Virus record (IMG/VR): IMGVR_UViG_3300042260_000190
Coordinates: 1 to 27,962 of that record
DNA from: a virus
Lineage: Duplodnaviria > Caudoviricetes
Length of the DNA stretch: 27,962 nt
Reading direction: 5' to 3' (one strand)
Below the pieces are notes generated by a model that saw only the letters and a program-made list of their open reading frames with translations, was not told the DNA's origin and did no database searches. Made by a program: the position numbers and the translations under genes. This document shows, piece after piece, positions 14,784 through 23,869 of this stretch (the stretch's first letter is position 1; each line of letters starts with the position of its first letter).

Positions 14784-17621
14784 GTGACTGATTTTCTCAA
14801 CTCCGTTTTGCCCGCACAGGGGGTCTACTGCACGGTAGGCATCCGCAATGGTGTGGTCAAACAATCGTTCCAAGAGACAGTGGACGATGTAGGCGCGATC
14901 GGCGAAGGGCTTGACTCACAAGGCGTAGATGCGTATTTCGCACTGGCCTCGTTTGAGGATGCTCAAGGCGGTCGTAAGGCAGATAACGCAGCGTACATGC
15001 GTGCGTTCTTTCTCGACCTAGACTGCGGCACGGGTAAACCGTACGTAGACCAAGCAGCTGCCGCGCAGGCACTTGCTATTTTCATCAAAGACACCGGACT
15101 CCCAAGCCCGACGCTGGTTAACTCTGGCGGTGGGTTGCACGTGTACTGGCCGCTGACCGCCGACGTATCCGCCGACGAGTGGCTCCCGCACGCCAAGGCT
15201 CTCAAGCGTTTGTGCACCCAGCAGAATCTCCACGCTGACCCAGCGGTAACTGCGGACATAGCACGTATCCTGCGCATACCGGGCACACACAACTTCAAGA
15301 ACGGCCAGTCCCGCCCCGTACAGATCGTGGCGCAGGGCCAGCCTACTGAGCTTAGCGTGTTCGTTGCGCTGCTGCCTGAGCTGCCTGTGGACTTGTCCGC
15401 TGCAAAACAGTTTGGTCTGGACGACGCGTCCCGTGACATCATGGGCGGCGCGTTCCCCAAGTGCGACTTCAGCCGCATTGTGTCCAGAAGCGTTAAGGGT
15501 ACAGGCTGTGCGCAGATCAAGCACGCAATCGTCGACGCCGCTACGCTGGAAGAGCCGCTGTGGAGGGCCGCATTGTCTATCGCAGTGCGCTGTGAAGATG
15601 GCGCTGCTGCAATCCATAAACTCTCGCGTGCGCACCCCGGTTACAACTCCGATGACACCGAAGCCAAAGCTGCCGAGACCAAGGGCCCCTACACCTGCCA
15701 GTGGTACAAGGACAACTACGCTGAAGGCTGCCGTGGGTGCAAGCAGATGGTCAGCAGCCCGATCCTGATCGGCAAGATCGTGGAAGAGGCGCAGATCACT
15801 GATGACCAGTACGTGATTGAGAAAGAGGAGGACGAGGAGTCTCCGGCAGTCACGCTGACGATCCCTGCATATCCGTATCCCTATTTCCGAGGCGCCAATG
15901 GCGGCGTGTTCCGCCGTGACCGCAACAAAGACGGTGACGACGTAGAGGTTGAAATCTACCCAGATGACCTGTATCTGACAGAGCGCTTTTTCGACTCGGA
16001 CGAGCACGGCGATGGAGATGGCGAGATGGTGGGTGTGAACCTGCACATGCGTAAAGACGGTGTGCGACGTTTCTATACCCCGACCACTTCGCTCTTCGCT
16101 ACCGACAAGCTGCGTGACCTGCTGGTGCGCAACGGTGTCATCGCCTACGGCAAACGACTGGAGCTGCTCATGGCTTATTTTGCATCATCAATTCGTAAAC
16201 TGCAATCACAATACGCTGCTAACCGCACCCGCAACCAGATGGGCTGGACCCCAGACATGCTGGGCTTCGTTGTGGGCGAACTGGAATATACGGCCTCGGG
16301 CACAAAGCTCGCACCCCCTGCTAGCGGTACCCGCCAGCTGGCCAGTGCGTTCAAGCCTACCGGTACCTTGGAAGAGTGGAAGAAGATCGCCAACTTCTAC
16401 GACCGCCCGGGTCTGGAGCCGCACGCACTCACGCTGTTCTTTGGGTTTGGCTCGCCGCTGCTGCGCTTGCTACCTAAGAACGTGGTCAAGGGCGCGATCG
16501 TCCACCTCAAGCACAACGGCTCTGGCTCTGGCAAGTCCACCGCGCAGATGGTCGCCAACTCGATCTTCGGCAACCCGGAAGAGCTGCTGATGAAGAAGGA
16601 AGACACCTACGCCGCCAAGATGCACATGCTCGGCATGGTCAACAGTTTGGTCTTTACGGTGGACGAGATCACCAACGAAGAGCCAAAAGTGATCTCCGAT
16701 ATGGCCTACGGCAGTACCGCCGGGCGCGGCAAACACCGTATGGAGTCGCAGTCCAACAAGCTGCGTACCAACCACACGACGTGGTGCAACTTCACGATCA
16801 CGTCCGGCAACGCTTCTATCGTTGACCTGCTCCAGCAATTCAAGAGTACGGCTGACGGCGAGCTGCGCCGCGTGTTGGAAGTGTCGGTGCCTAAGTACAC
16901 CGGTGCCAGCAAGTCCGAGATCGACGAGGTGTTCGGCAAGCTGGTCTCCAACTACGGCGTGGCAGGGCCTATCTTCATGGAGTACGTCATCTCCAACATG
17001 GACGCCGTTCGCAAGCTGCTGGTTGACATGCAGACCAAGATCGACCGAGAGCTGGGCCTAGATCAGGCTGACCGCTTCTACTCCGCGATGCTGGCCTGCG
17101 CCATGACTGGCGCTTTGATCGCTCAGCGACTGCACTTGCATGAGATTGAAATCTCTCATGTGTACCAGTTTGCATTGAGCGTAGTCCGGCAGAACCAACA
17201 GGCGAACCGTACGGAGATTGCAGACCCCCTGACGCTGGCTCAAGAGACACTGGGTGCGTTCATTAACGACAACGTGAACAACGCGCTGGTGGCTCCGTAC
17301 ACTCCGCCCGGCGGGTTGCCTGAGCGTCCTGCAGTCATGCCCAAGGGTAGCCTGCGTATGCGCTACGACCCGAGTTCGCGTGAGCTGGCCATTCCGGTTT
17401 CGGAGTTCCGCAACTACTTTGCTGCCCGGCAGGTGGACGTCAAGGAAAGCCTGCACCGGCTCAACATGGTCCGGTACCTCAAGCATGACGGCAAGTCACA
17501 CCCTACCCGTATCGGCGCCGGTGCTGTCGGCGGCTTGAGTGGTATCGCGGTACGCTGCTACATCTTCGATGGAGACGTCATTGGCATCGACGAAACCGCG
17601 TTTAACAAAGAGGCAGAGTAA
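14784..17621 (+). CDS. Primase-helicase (AEP/RepB-like primase + DUF927-like region + P-loop ATPase)
   Basis: FFLDLD, NSGGGLHVYW, ARILRIPGT primase motifs; PYTC...CRGC; GSGSGKST Walker A, TVDE Walker B; GTG 14784 after GAGG, since the track's TTG 14745 lies within the terminator. Confidence 0.88.
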   Translation: MTDFLNSVLPAQGVYCTVGIRNGVVKQSFQETVDDVGAIGEGLDSQGVDAYFALASFEDAQGGRKADNAAYMRAFFLDLDCGTGKPYVDQAAAAQALAIFIKDTGLPSPTLVNSGGGLHVYWPLTADVSADEWLPHAKALKRLCTQQNLHADPAVTADIARILRIPGTHNFKNGQSRPVQIVAQGQPTELSVFVALLPELPVDLSAAKQFGLDDASRDIMGGAFPKCDFSRIVSRSVKGTGCAQIKHAIVDAATLEEPLWRAALSIAVRCEDGAAAIHKLSRAHPGYNSDDTEAKAAETKGPYTCQWYKDNYAEGCRGCKQMVSSPILIGKIVEEAQITDDQYVIEKEEDEESPAVTLTIPAYPYPYFRGANGGVFRRDRNKDGDDVEVEIYPDDLYLTERFFDSDEHGDGDGEMVGVNLHMRKDGVRRFYTPTTSLFATDKLRDLLVRNGVIAYGKRLELLMAYFASSIRKLQSQYAANRTRNQMGWTPDMLGFVVGELEYTASGTKLAPPASGTRQLASAFKPTGTLEEWKKIANFYDRPGLEPHALTLFFGFGSPLLRLLPKNVVKGAIVHLKHNGSGSGKSTAQMVANSIFGNPEELLMKKEDTYAAKMHMLGMVNSLVFTVDEITNEEPKVISDMAYGSTAGRGKHRMESQSNKLRTNHTTWCNFTITSGNASIVDLLQQFKSTADGELRRVLEVSVPKYTGASKSEIDEVFGKLVSNYGVAGPIFMEYVISNMDAVRKLLVDMQTKIDRELGLDQADRFYSAMLACAMTGALIAQRLHLHEIEISHVYQFALSVVRQNQQANRTEIADPLTLAQETLGAFINDNVNNALVAPYTPPGGLPERPAVMPKGSLRMRYDPSSRELAIPVSEFRNYFAARQVDVKESLHRLNMVRYLKHDGKSHPTRIGAGAVGGLSGIAVRCYIFDGDVIGIDETAFNKEAE

Positions 17622-17868
17622 GCAGCCGCCGCCTCCGCCGGAACCGCCTAAAGTCGAGCTGCGGGTAGTCACCCTGCAAGGGATCGAGTACTTCGTGATG
17701 TGGGAGCAGTTCCAACTGGGCTGCTCCTTTTTCCTTCCGACGGCGGCAACGCAGAAACAGGCGGAAGCAGTCCTAGCCCCTGTCGCCAAGGAGCTAGGAA
17801 TACGTGTTGCAGTACGTAACCGGTGCGAGTACGGACGCTACGGCGTCCGCGTCTGGCGCGTTCAGTGA
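17569..17868 (+). CDS. Small conserved phage protein (SFF.P ... GVRVWR motifs)
   Basis: ORF overlapping the primase end; start uncertain; converges with the virion genes. Confidence 0.65.
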   Translation: METSLASTKPRLTKRQSKQPPPPPEPPKVELRVVTLQGIEYFVMWEQFQLGCSFFLPTAATQKQAEAVLAPVAKELGIRVAVRNRCEYGRYGVRVWRVQ

Positions 17869-20800
17869 CTCTTACGAATCGCCGTCTTCGCTTCGCGTAG
17901 CCACGCTGTCAGCTGCACTTCCATCTCTTTGATTTCCTTGAGCTGGTCGGCGCGCTCACTGCTGTCCATCAGGTCGGCTCCATCCTTGCTGTTCAAGAAC
18001 TTGCGGTATGCCCGGGTGTTCTCAAGTTGCTGCAAGGTAGAGTTGATGGCTGACTCCAGCATGAGCTCGTCAGCGTGCTCCTCAGCGTAGGTTACTGCGC
18101 GGTCAATGTCGGTCTTCATCAGCTCTTTGAGCGTGACGTTGGCCTTCATCACTTCGTCGCGGGCCTCGTAGAACTCCGTCATGCGGCGGGTGCCAACCGG
18201 GTCGTACATGTAGTTTGACAGCAGGGCCCATTTGTGCAGTGGGCGATCGGCTCGCGTTGGGTTCAGCAGAGAGTCAGTCACGGTCGTCAGCAGTGCTGCA
18301 GTCGAGCCGAAGTAGCCGCGCAGCGCGTTGTCGATCATGATCGGAGAGACCTCCACACCCACTTGGGCACGGCTGAAGTTTGCAATCGCAACAGCCATCT
18401 CGGACGTACCTTCCGTGCGGCGCATACTGGGGTCCAGCTGCTGGTGGTGGTAGCCCTCCAACGGACGGCCAGTCAAGAACGACTTGTTGGCCCATATTTC
18501 GATCAGCGGCTTGACCGCTTGCGGCACTGGAGTCACGCGGCCCACGTACTGCTCGTACATGTAGCTCAGCGCAGTGCGCACGGCTTCAAAGGCTTCCTGC
18601 TCTTCCGGCGTACCGCTGCGGCGCATGTACTCGACAACACGCTCAGGGATGACCTTGAAGATGGCGCCCAGTTCGCCCGGCACGGGAATCTTAAAGCCGC
18701 CCGGCAAAATCCAGTTGCTATCGCGGGTACGCAGGTCCATGTCTGCGTAGTCCTCGTCGTCGCCCTTACCGAGGGCGTACATCGAACTCAGCGTCGTTGC
18801 GATAATTGCGCGGCTCCAGAACAAACGACGAGCCTGTGCACGGTTGACCGACGAGCTCGAATCAATGCCGGAGGCGGCGCGGTACAGCACGTCCATACCC
18901 TGCACGTAGGCGTTGAAGAACGGAATCATGGTCGTCGCGGCGCCCACAAGCTCGCTTGCTCCACGGCGGCGGAAGTTGATGAACTCTCGTGCGCGGGTCT
19001 GCGCCAAGAGCTGATCGTTGGTTTCCTTTAGCGTTTGCTCGTAAATGGCAGCACGAACTGCCAAATCAGATGCGCGGGTCACGCCGTCGAGCTTGTGCAG
19101 CAGTTTCTCCACTTTGCCACGGGGCTTGTACCCAAGGTCTTTGAGCAAGGACGTTGCCGGCTTGCCAGCTTGGAAGTCGTACTCGCCGGTCAGGCCCATA
19201 GCGCCGAACTCTTTGACGACCGGGTGCTGGATACCGCGCAGCTCAGCCATTGCCAGCTTGGGGAAGTTGGTCAGCGTCATACGCAGCAGAGCGCCGGGGT
19301 TCTTCACACCGGACGTCAGGATGGCACGTTGCACGTCGTCTGTTACCTGCTTGAGCGCAAAGGGCGGCAAGATAGTCACTGCTTTACGCAGGATGTTAGA
19401 CGCTTCCCCGAACGCACGCATCCAACCAGCCTTTGGCGGGGTGAGGTCTTTGAACGCCATCAGGTCGTACTTGGAGGGCAGCTCCCAGTACATCATCTCG
19501 CCGTCGACGTAAGCGCCGACGGTATTGGCCAACTGCTGAGTACTGCGACCAAGGAACTTGGCTTGACCGAGGTCTTCCAAGGCGCGGAGCGTTTGCAGGG
19601 TAGCATCGCTCTTCATGGTTTGGCCGACCATCCAGCCCAGCGTGTTCAGGTAGTTATCGAACACATTGCCCACAGGGCGGTTCAGAGAGCCAACCAGCTC
19701 CGGCAGCTTGCCCAGCTGAGCGAGGCCCTTACCGCTGATCTTCTTGACCTTGCTGAACCCAGCTGCAAAGTCGTCGATGCGGTCGAACGGCACGTAGCCT
19801 ACGGACGCTTTCCAGAGCTTGCCCTGTTCGGCAGTGAGGCGCCCGACTTTGACCATGTTGTCGATCATCGACATACGGGCCTCGTCCATGAGCTTGCTCA
19901 TTTCCTGCAGGCCTTTGTCCGCCTTGTACTCGGCAACCAACTGGTCGATCTCGTTGTCCTTCAAGTGGATCAGGAACGAGGTGCCTTCGGTTTGGTTGGC
20001 TTTGCGCATTGCGTCCAGACGCACGCCTTCGAGGATACGGCTGGCAATCTGCGTGCCGCGCTCGCGGGAGTATCCGTTCTTCGCTGCCCACTTGTCGATC
20101 AGCTCATACACCTTAGCCGGGGCACGTACGCCTTCGCCTGTCTCGGCGCGCCACATCTTGGTGTCTTTGTCCTTGACCAGCGTGCCAGTCTGGAAGTATT
20201 CCAGCAGCATCTTGGAGTAGTCTTGCGCTTGGCGGTACAGGCCCATTGGGTTCACGTTGCCAAGGCTGTCGCGCACAGCGCCATCAAACTTCTCACGCAA
20301 ACGATGCTCGATCGTAGCAGCGGAGTCAGCGTACTGGGTACGGAACTTGGTGGCGTAGCTCACACCCTCTGGCAGAGTTTTCACGCCGTCGATCAAGCGC
20401 TTCAGCCCATGCGATTGGTTGGCATCCAGCGGGCCCATCGAGTCGATCAGGGCTTCCGTACCAACGGAGACTTGGAACTGTTTCCCAACCTGCTTCTCAG
20501 CGCCTTGGATGTCTTCCTTCGTAAGCCCCAAGATCGTATCGCCAACGCGCAGCAGCTCAGAGAGCGCGGTATCTGCCTTCGCCGGGATGCCCAGCATGTC
20601 ACGAATCAGCGTGACGAACTTGTTCCACAAGGTCTGCCCTTGGTAGGGGATAGACTCCATGTACTCTTGCATGTCTTTGTTGGTCAGAGACCAAACCAAA
20701 ATCTCATGCTCGTCATTCATCGCGTTGTTGAGCCCACGGTAGATGCGTTTCTCAAACTCGGTCAGGTTGGCGTCACCTTCTTTAACCCTTGCGTTAAAGT

Positions 20801-23800
20801 GCGCGATCGCGGCGCTTCCTACTTTGAGCAACTCGCGGGTAGCGTCTCCGACTTTAGAGCCGGCAGCGGATCGGCGTTTTCCAAGCTCAATAGTGCCCAG
20901 CGTTGCGGCGTGCAGCAGCTCGTGCAGGATCGTTTCAGGAACAACCCCAGAATTTTCTCCGTTTGACGGGTGGTTCAAAATGATTTCAATAGAGCTCTTA
21001 CTGCCTGCGCGCCCAGCTTCATAAATTGTGCGCCCGCGAGCCCCGCCAGTTAATGCGTAGCCTTCTTTTGTGATCTGCACTGGCTTCAGTACCGCGCCAA
21101 GTGATTGCAGCTGCTGCAGCTTGACCAATACACGCTGGGCGATCACTTTGTAGTCTGGGCGTGTAAGGTTCTCCGAGGCCCACTTTGCTGCGTCTACAAG
21201 CGACGCGCCTTCCAGCGCTTTGAGCGCTTTCTGGTCGAACGCCTCGACTACCTCTGCGGGCTCCTCTTTGACTGGCGCATTGAAGTCCAATTCCAGTTGG
21301 CGCTCGTCTTTCTTCGGCTTGGACGGCAGCTCTTCCATCTTGGTGATGGCGTCTTCCTCTTTGCGAGTAGCACGCTCTTCCAAGTAGGCCTTGGCGGTCT
21401 TGTCGTCGATCGGCTGCAGGAGCTGCTGCGGGCCACGGATGATCTTGCCGGTTTTCTTGTTGATGCCGATGGGCTCGTAGTATGCGTCGTTCTTGCGCGG
21501 AGCAGCTTCAACCTTCTTGGGGGCTTCCTCAATGTCGCGCTCAGCCGGAGCTGCTTTCGCAGGGGCTTGCGGTTTCTTGCGTGCGCGCTCGACGGCAGCT
21601 TCAAAGGCTTTGGCAAACGCAGGGTGGCGCTCGTTGGCGCCAATGAACTCGCCTACGGCTTCTTTCTCAGGATGCGCTTTGGACTGCTGAATCTCCACAA
21701 GGCGATCCATAGCAGCGTTGAACTCGGCCAGAGTCTTGGCCTTCTCCAGCTGCTGCACTGCAGGGGTGGTCGGCTCTTCAGGCAGCGGGGCTTCTTTAAC
21801 CGTACGCTCTTTGCGGGCCTTTGGCTCTTCCTTCACTGCAGCTGGCTGTGCTCCTTGAGGTGCATCTCGTTGTCCAACAGGTTTTCCAGCAGGTACCAGT
21901 CCGCTGCTGACAGGTCCTTGAGCTCGTCCGGCGGGCTGGGTATCTGGCTTTCCGGCAGCAGGGGGTTGTACGGTGGCAGGCTCGCTAGGAACTGCCACGC
22001 TAGGCTCACTTGCTCGGGGCTCAGGTCGCTCTTGAGCGACAGAAACAGGGGCAGTCGGCGCACTTGGGGCCTCCTTGAACGGTTTAACTTCGGGTGCGGT
22101 CAGTTCCCGCAAGATCAATGCGCGGGCACCTCGGCCTTGGGTAAGGCTCGGGTCCTTTGCAATCATGTCGGCGATCTCAGCGCGGGTCTTACCAACCACA
22201 TTCTGCTCCAGCCACTGCTTGGAGGTGCGCATTGGCAGCCCGATGTCCATCAGGTTCTGCATGGTGATCTCGCCGGCGCGGCCACGCAAAGGCAGCTTGT
22301 ACTGGTACGGGCCAGTACGCTTGTAGGGTGGCACAGGGGTAGGCTGCGTTGGCTTCGCAGCTTCGGTCGGCTCAGTCTTTTGCGGGCCTTCAAACCTGCC
22401 GCCGAGTTCTTCAGCGGGGAAAAGTTCACCTTGCGTGCGGGCTTTCACCTCGTCAGACTGCGCCATGAGCTCCGGGGCATTGGCCAGTGCAGGGAACCTT
22501 TCACGGGCTCGCTCGTCTTGACGCGCCTGCTCGGCATCTTGCGCTTTCTGGGCCTGCTTCTCAGCAAAGTCCATCTCAAGGTAGCTCTTGATTTGCTCGG
22601 ACAGGTCGGCGATTCGCTGCGTGGTTTCGGGGGTTTGCTCAGCGGCTTTCAGGCGCTCGCGCTCAAGGAACAGGTCCTCGACCTCACGTTGGTAGTCCAA
22701 GCCCAAGTCTTGCTGGGTTGGCGCCGCTTGGGGCACTGCGGGCGCAGGCTGGGTAGCTGCGGGTTCCTCTTGCTTGGGGGCTTGTCCCACACCCATCTCT
22801 TCTGGGGTGAACAGTTCGCCTTGGGCTGGCGCTTCAGGAGCTGGCGCCTCGGGCGGCGTCATAGTAGCTTGCTCCCGACGTTGGGCTTCAAGCTTTGCAC
22901 GGGCACCGCTGCGGTCAACCACGTTACCCGCTCCGCCCAACGGGCCGCCAATCAGGGCAGCTTGGTATGCAGACTCGCCGTATTCTTTCAGGGCGTCTTC
23001 GGAGGTCAGATCGAGGCCAGCCTGTGCACGCTCAATAACCTGCTGGGCGACTTCAACCGGGATCTCCGTCATGCCTCGGGCGGCGCCACGGGCTACGGTG
23101 CCAGACAGGGAACGCTCCGCAGCTTTGACCAATTCTTTCTGCGCCTTGGCAGTGGACAGGACTGCATCGTCTGCGATGCCCAGCACGCCCTTGACTACCC
23201 GCTTACCCAGTGTGAATGCTGTACCGGCCCCCTCAATAGCGGCCTGCCCGGCAGCCGCCATACCGGCTTTTGTACGGTCGATGCTGACGTCTTCCCCACG
23301 CTCCATCTGCTCGGCAGCTTGACGTTCGACGTTAGAGCCAAAGAACTGCGGAAGGAGCGTAGCGCCAGCGCCCAAGGCGCCACCAATCACGGTGCCGGCA
23401 CCGGGCATAACGGCAGAGCCAGCCATAGCGCCCAGACGCGCGCCAGCGGCCATGGTACCTAGCTGAGCGCCCTGCCCAGCAAGAGCACGGGGGATTTGAG
23501 AAACGGCTTCGCCTGCTGCAGATAGCAGGCCTTTGTCTTCGTAGGCTTTCTTGACCGCCTCGAACGAGGGGCCTTCGCCAGCAGCTTCGGAGATAGCTTG
23601 GCCGCGCGCGACGCCGCGTTGTGCAGCTTCTTCAGGGCTTCCTACCAGCGCCTGCAGGCCTGTAAGCGTAGAGGAGCCTAACTGCTTGGCGCCTCGTACG
23701 AACTCACTGCCAATAGTGGACTGCTTTGGTGCCTGCGGCAGCTGCCCGGCTTCGGGGTACTGCGCTAAGACCGCTTGCGCTACCTCCGCATCACTTGCCC

Positions 23801-23861
23801 CGTCTGGGCCCTCAATCTGGTAGGTTTGTCCGTTCGGTGCTGTGATGCGGTAGAGTGGCAT
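17862..23861 (-). CDS. Large polyvalent virion/DNA-ejection protein with HExxH metallopeptidase-like motif and LPD38-like C-terminal domain
   Basis: 1999 aa ORF; ETILHELLHAAT at about 20900-20936; INF.RRG...IPFFNAY.QG, RDSNWI...KIPVP.ELG.IFK, KPLIE..ANKSF.TGRP, SP..IDN..RGYFG motifs of LPD38-type proteins; Gly/Ala-rich N-terminal region. Confidence 0.8.
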   Translation of the reverse strand: MPLYRITAPNGQTYQIEGPDGASDAEVAQAVLAQYPEAGQLPQAPKQSTIGSEFVRGAKQLGSSTLTGLQALVGSPEEAAQRGVARGQAISEAAGEGPSFEAVKKAYEDKGLLSAAGEAVSQIPRALAGQGAQLGTMAAGARLGAMAGSAVMPGAGTVIGGALGAGATLLPQFFGSNVERQAAEQMERGEDVSIDRTKAGMAAAGQAAIEGAGTAFTLGKRVVKGVLGIADDAVLSTAKAQKELVKAAERSLSGTVARGAARGMTEIPVEVAQQVIERAQAGLDLTSEDALKEYGESAYQAALIGGPLGGAGNVVDRSGARAKLEAQRREQATMTPPEAPAPEAPAQGELFTPEEMGVGQAPKQEEPAATQPAPAVPQAAPTQQDLGLDYQREVEDLFLERERLKAAEQTPETTQRIADLSEQIKSYLEMDFAEKQAQKAQDAEQARQDERARERFPALANAPELMAQSDEVKARTQGELFPAEELGGRFEGPQKTEPTEAAKPTQPTPVPPYKRTGPYQYKLPLRGRAGEITMQNLMDIGLPMRTSKQWLEQNVVGKTRAEIADMIAKDPSLTQGRGARALILRELTAPEVKPFKEAPSAPTAPVSVAQERPEPRASEPSVAVPSEPATVQPPAAGKPDTQPAGRAQGPVSSGLVPAGKPVGQRDAPQGAQPAAVKEEPKARKERTVKEAPLPEEPTTPAVQQLEKAKTLAEFNAAMDRLVEIQQSKAHPEKEAVGEFIGANERHPAFAKAFEAAVERARKKPQAPAKAAPAERDIEEAPKKVEAAPRKNDAYYEPIGINKKTGKIIRGPQQLLQPIDDKTAKAYLEERATRKEEDAITKMEELPSKPKKDERQLELDFNAPVKEEPAEVVEAFDQKALKALEGASLVDAAKWASENLTRPDYKVIAQRVLVKLQQLQSLGAVLKPVQITKEGYALTGGARGRTIYEAGRAGSKSSIEIILNHPSNGENSGVVPETILHELLHAATLGTIELGKRRSAAGSKVGDATRELLKVGSAAIAHFNARVKEGDANLTEFEKRIYRGLNNAMNDEHEILVWSLTNKDMQEYMESIPYQGQTLWNKFVTLIRDMLGIPAKADTALSELLRVGDTILGLTKEDIQGAEKQVGKQFQVSVGTEALIDSMGPLDANQSHGLKRLIDGVKTLPEGVSYATKFRTQYADSAATIEHRLREKFDGAVRDSLGNVNPMGLYRQAQDYSKMLLEYFQTGTLVKDKDTKMWRAETGEGVRAPAKVYELIDKWAAKNGYSRERGTQIASRILEGVRLDAMRKANQTEGTSFLIHLKDNEIDQLVAEYKADKGLQEMSKLMDEARMSMIDNMVKVGRLTAEQGKLWKASVGYVPFDRIDDFAAGFSKVKKISGKGLAQLGKLPELVGSLNRPVGNVFDNYLNTLGWMVGQTMKSDATLQTLRALEDLGQAKFLGRSTQQLANTVGAYVDGEMMYWELPSKYDLMAFKDLTPPKAGWMRAFGEASNILRKAVTILPPFALKQVTDDVQRAILTSGVKNPGALLRMTLTNFPKLAMAELRGIQHPVVKEFGAMGLTGEYDFQAGKPATSLLKDLGYKPRGKVEKLLHKLDGVTRASDLAVRAAIYEQTLKETNDQLLAQTRAREFINFRRRGASELVGAATTMIPFFNAYVQGMDVLYRAASGIDSSSSVNRAQARRLFWSRAIIATTLSSMYALGKGDDEDYADMDLRTRDSNWILPGGFKIPVPGELGAIFKVIPERVVEYMRRSGTPEEQEAFEAVRTALSYMYEQYVGRVTPVPQAVKPLIEIWANKSFLTGRPLEGYHHQQLDPSMRRTEGTSEMAVAIANFSRAQVGVEVSPIMIDNALRGYFGSTAALLTTVTDSLLNPTRADRPLHKWALLSNYMYDPVGTRRMTEFYEARDEVMKANVTLKELMKTDIDRAVTYAEEHADELMLESAINSTLQQLENTRAYRKFLNSKDGADLMDSSERADQLKEIKEMEVQLTAWLREAKTAIRKSH

Positions 23862-23869
23862 GATGGTCT

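Noticed and set aside
13558-16046. Minus-strand ORFs of 350 aa and 342 aa
   Set aside because: Fully antisense to well-supported replication genes; shadow frames
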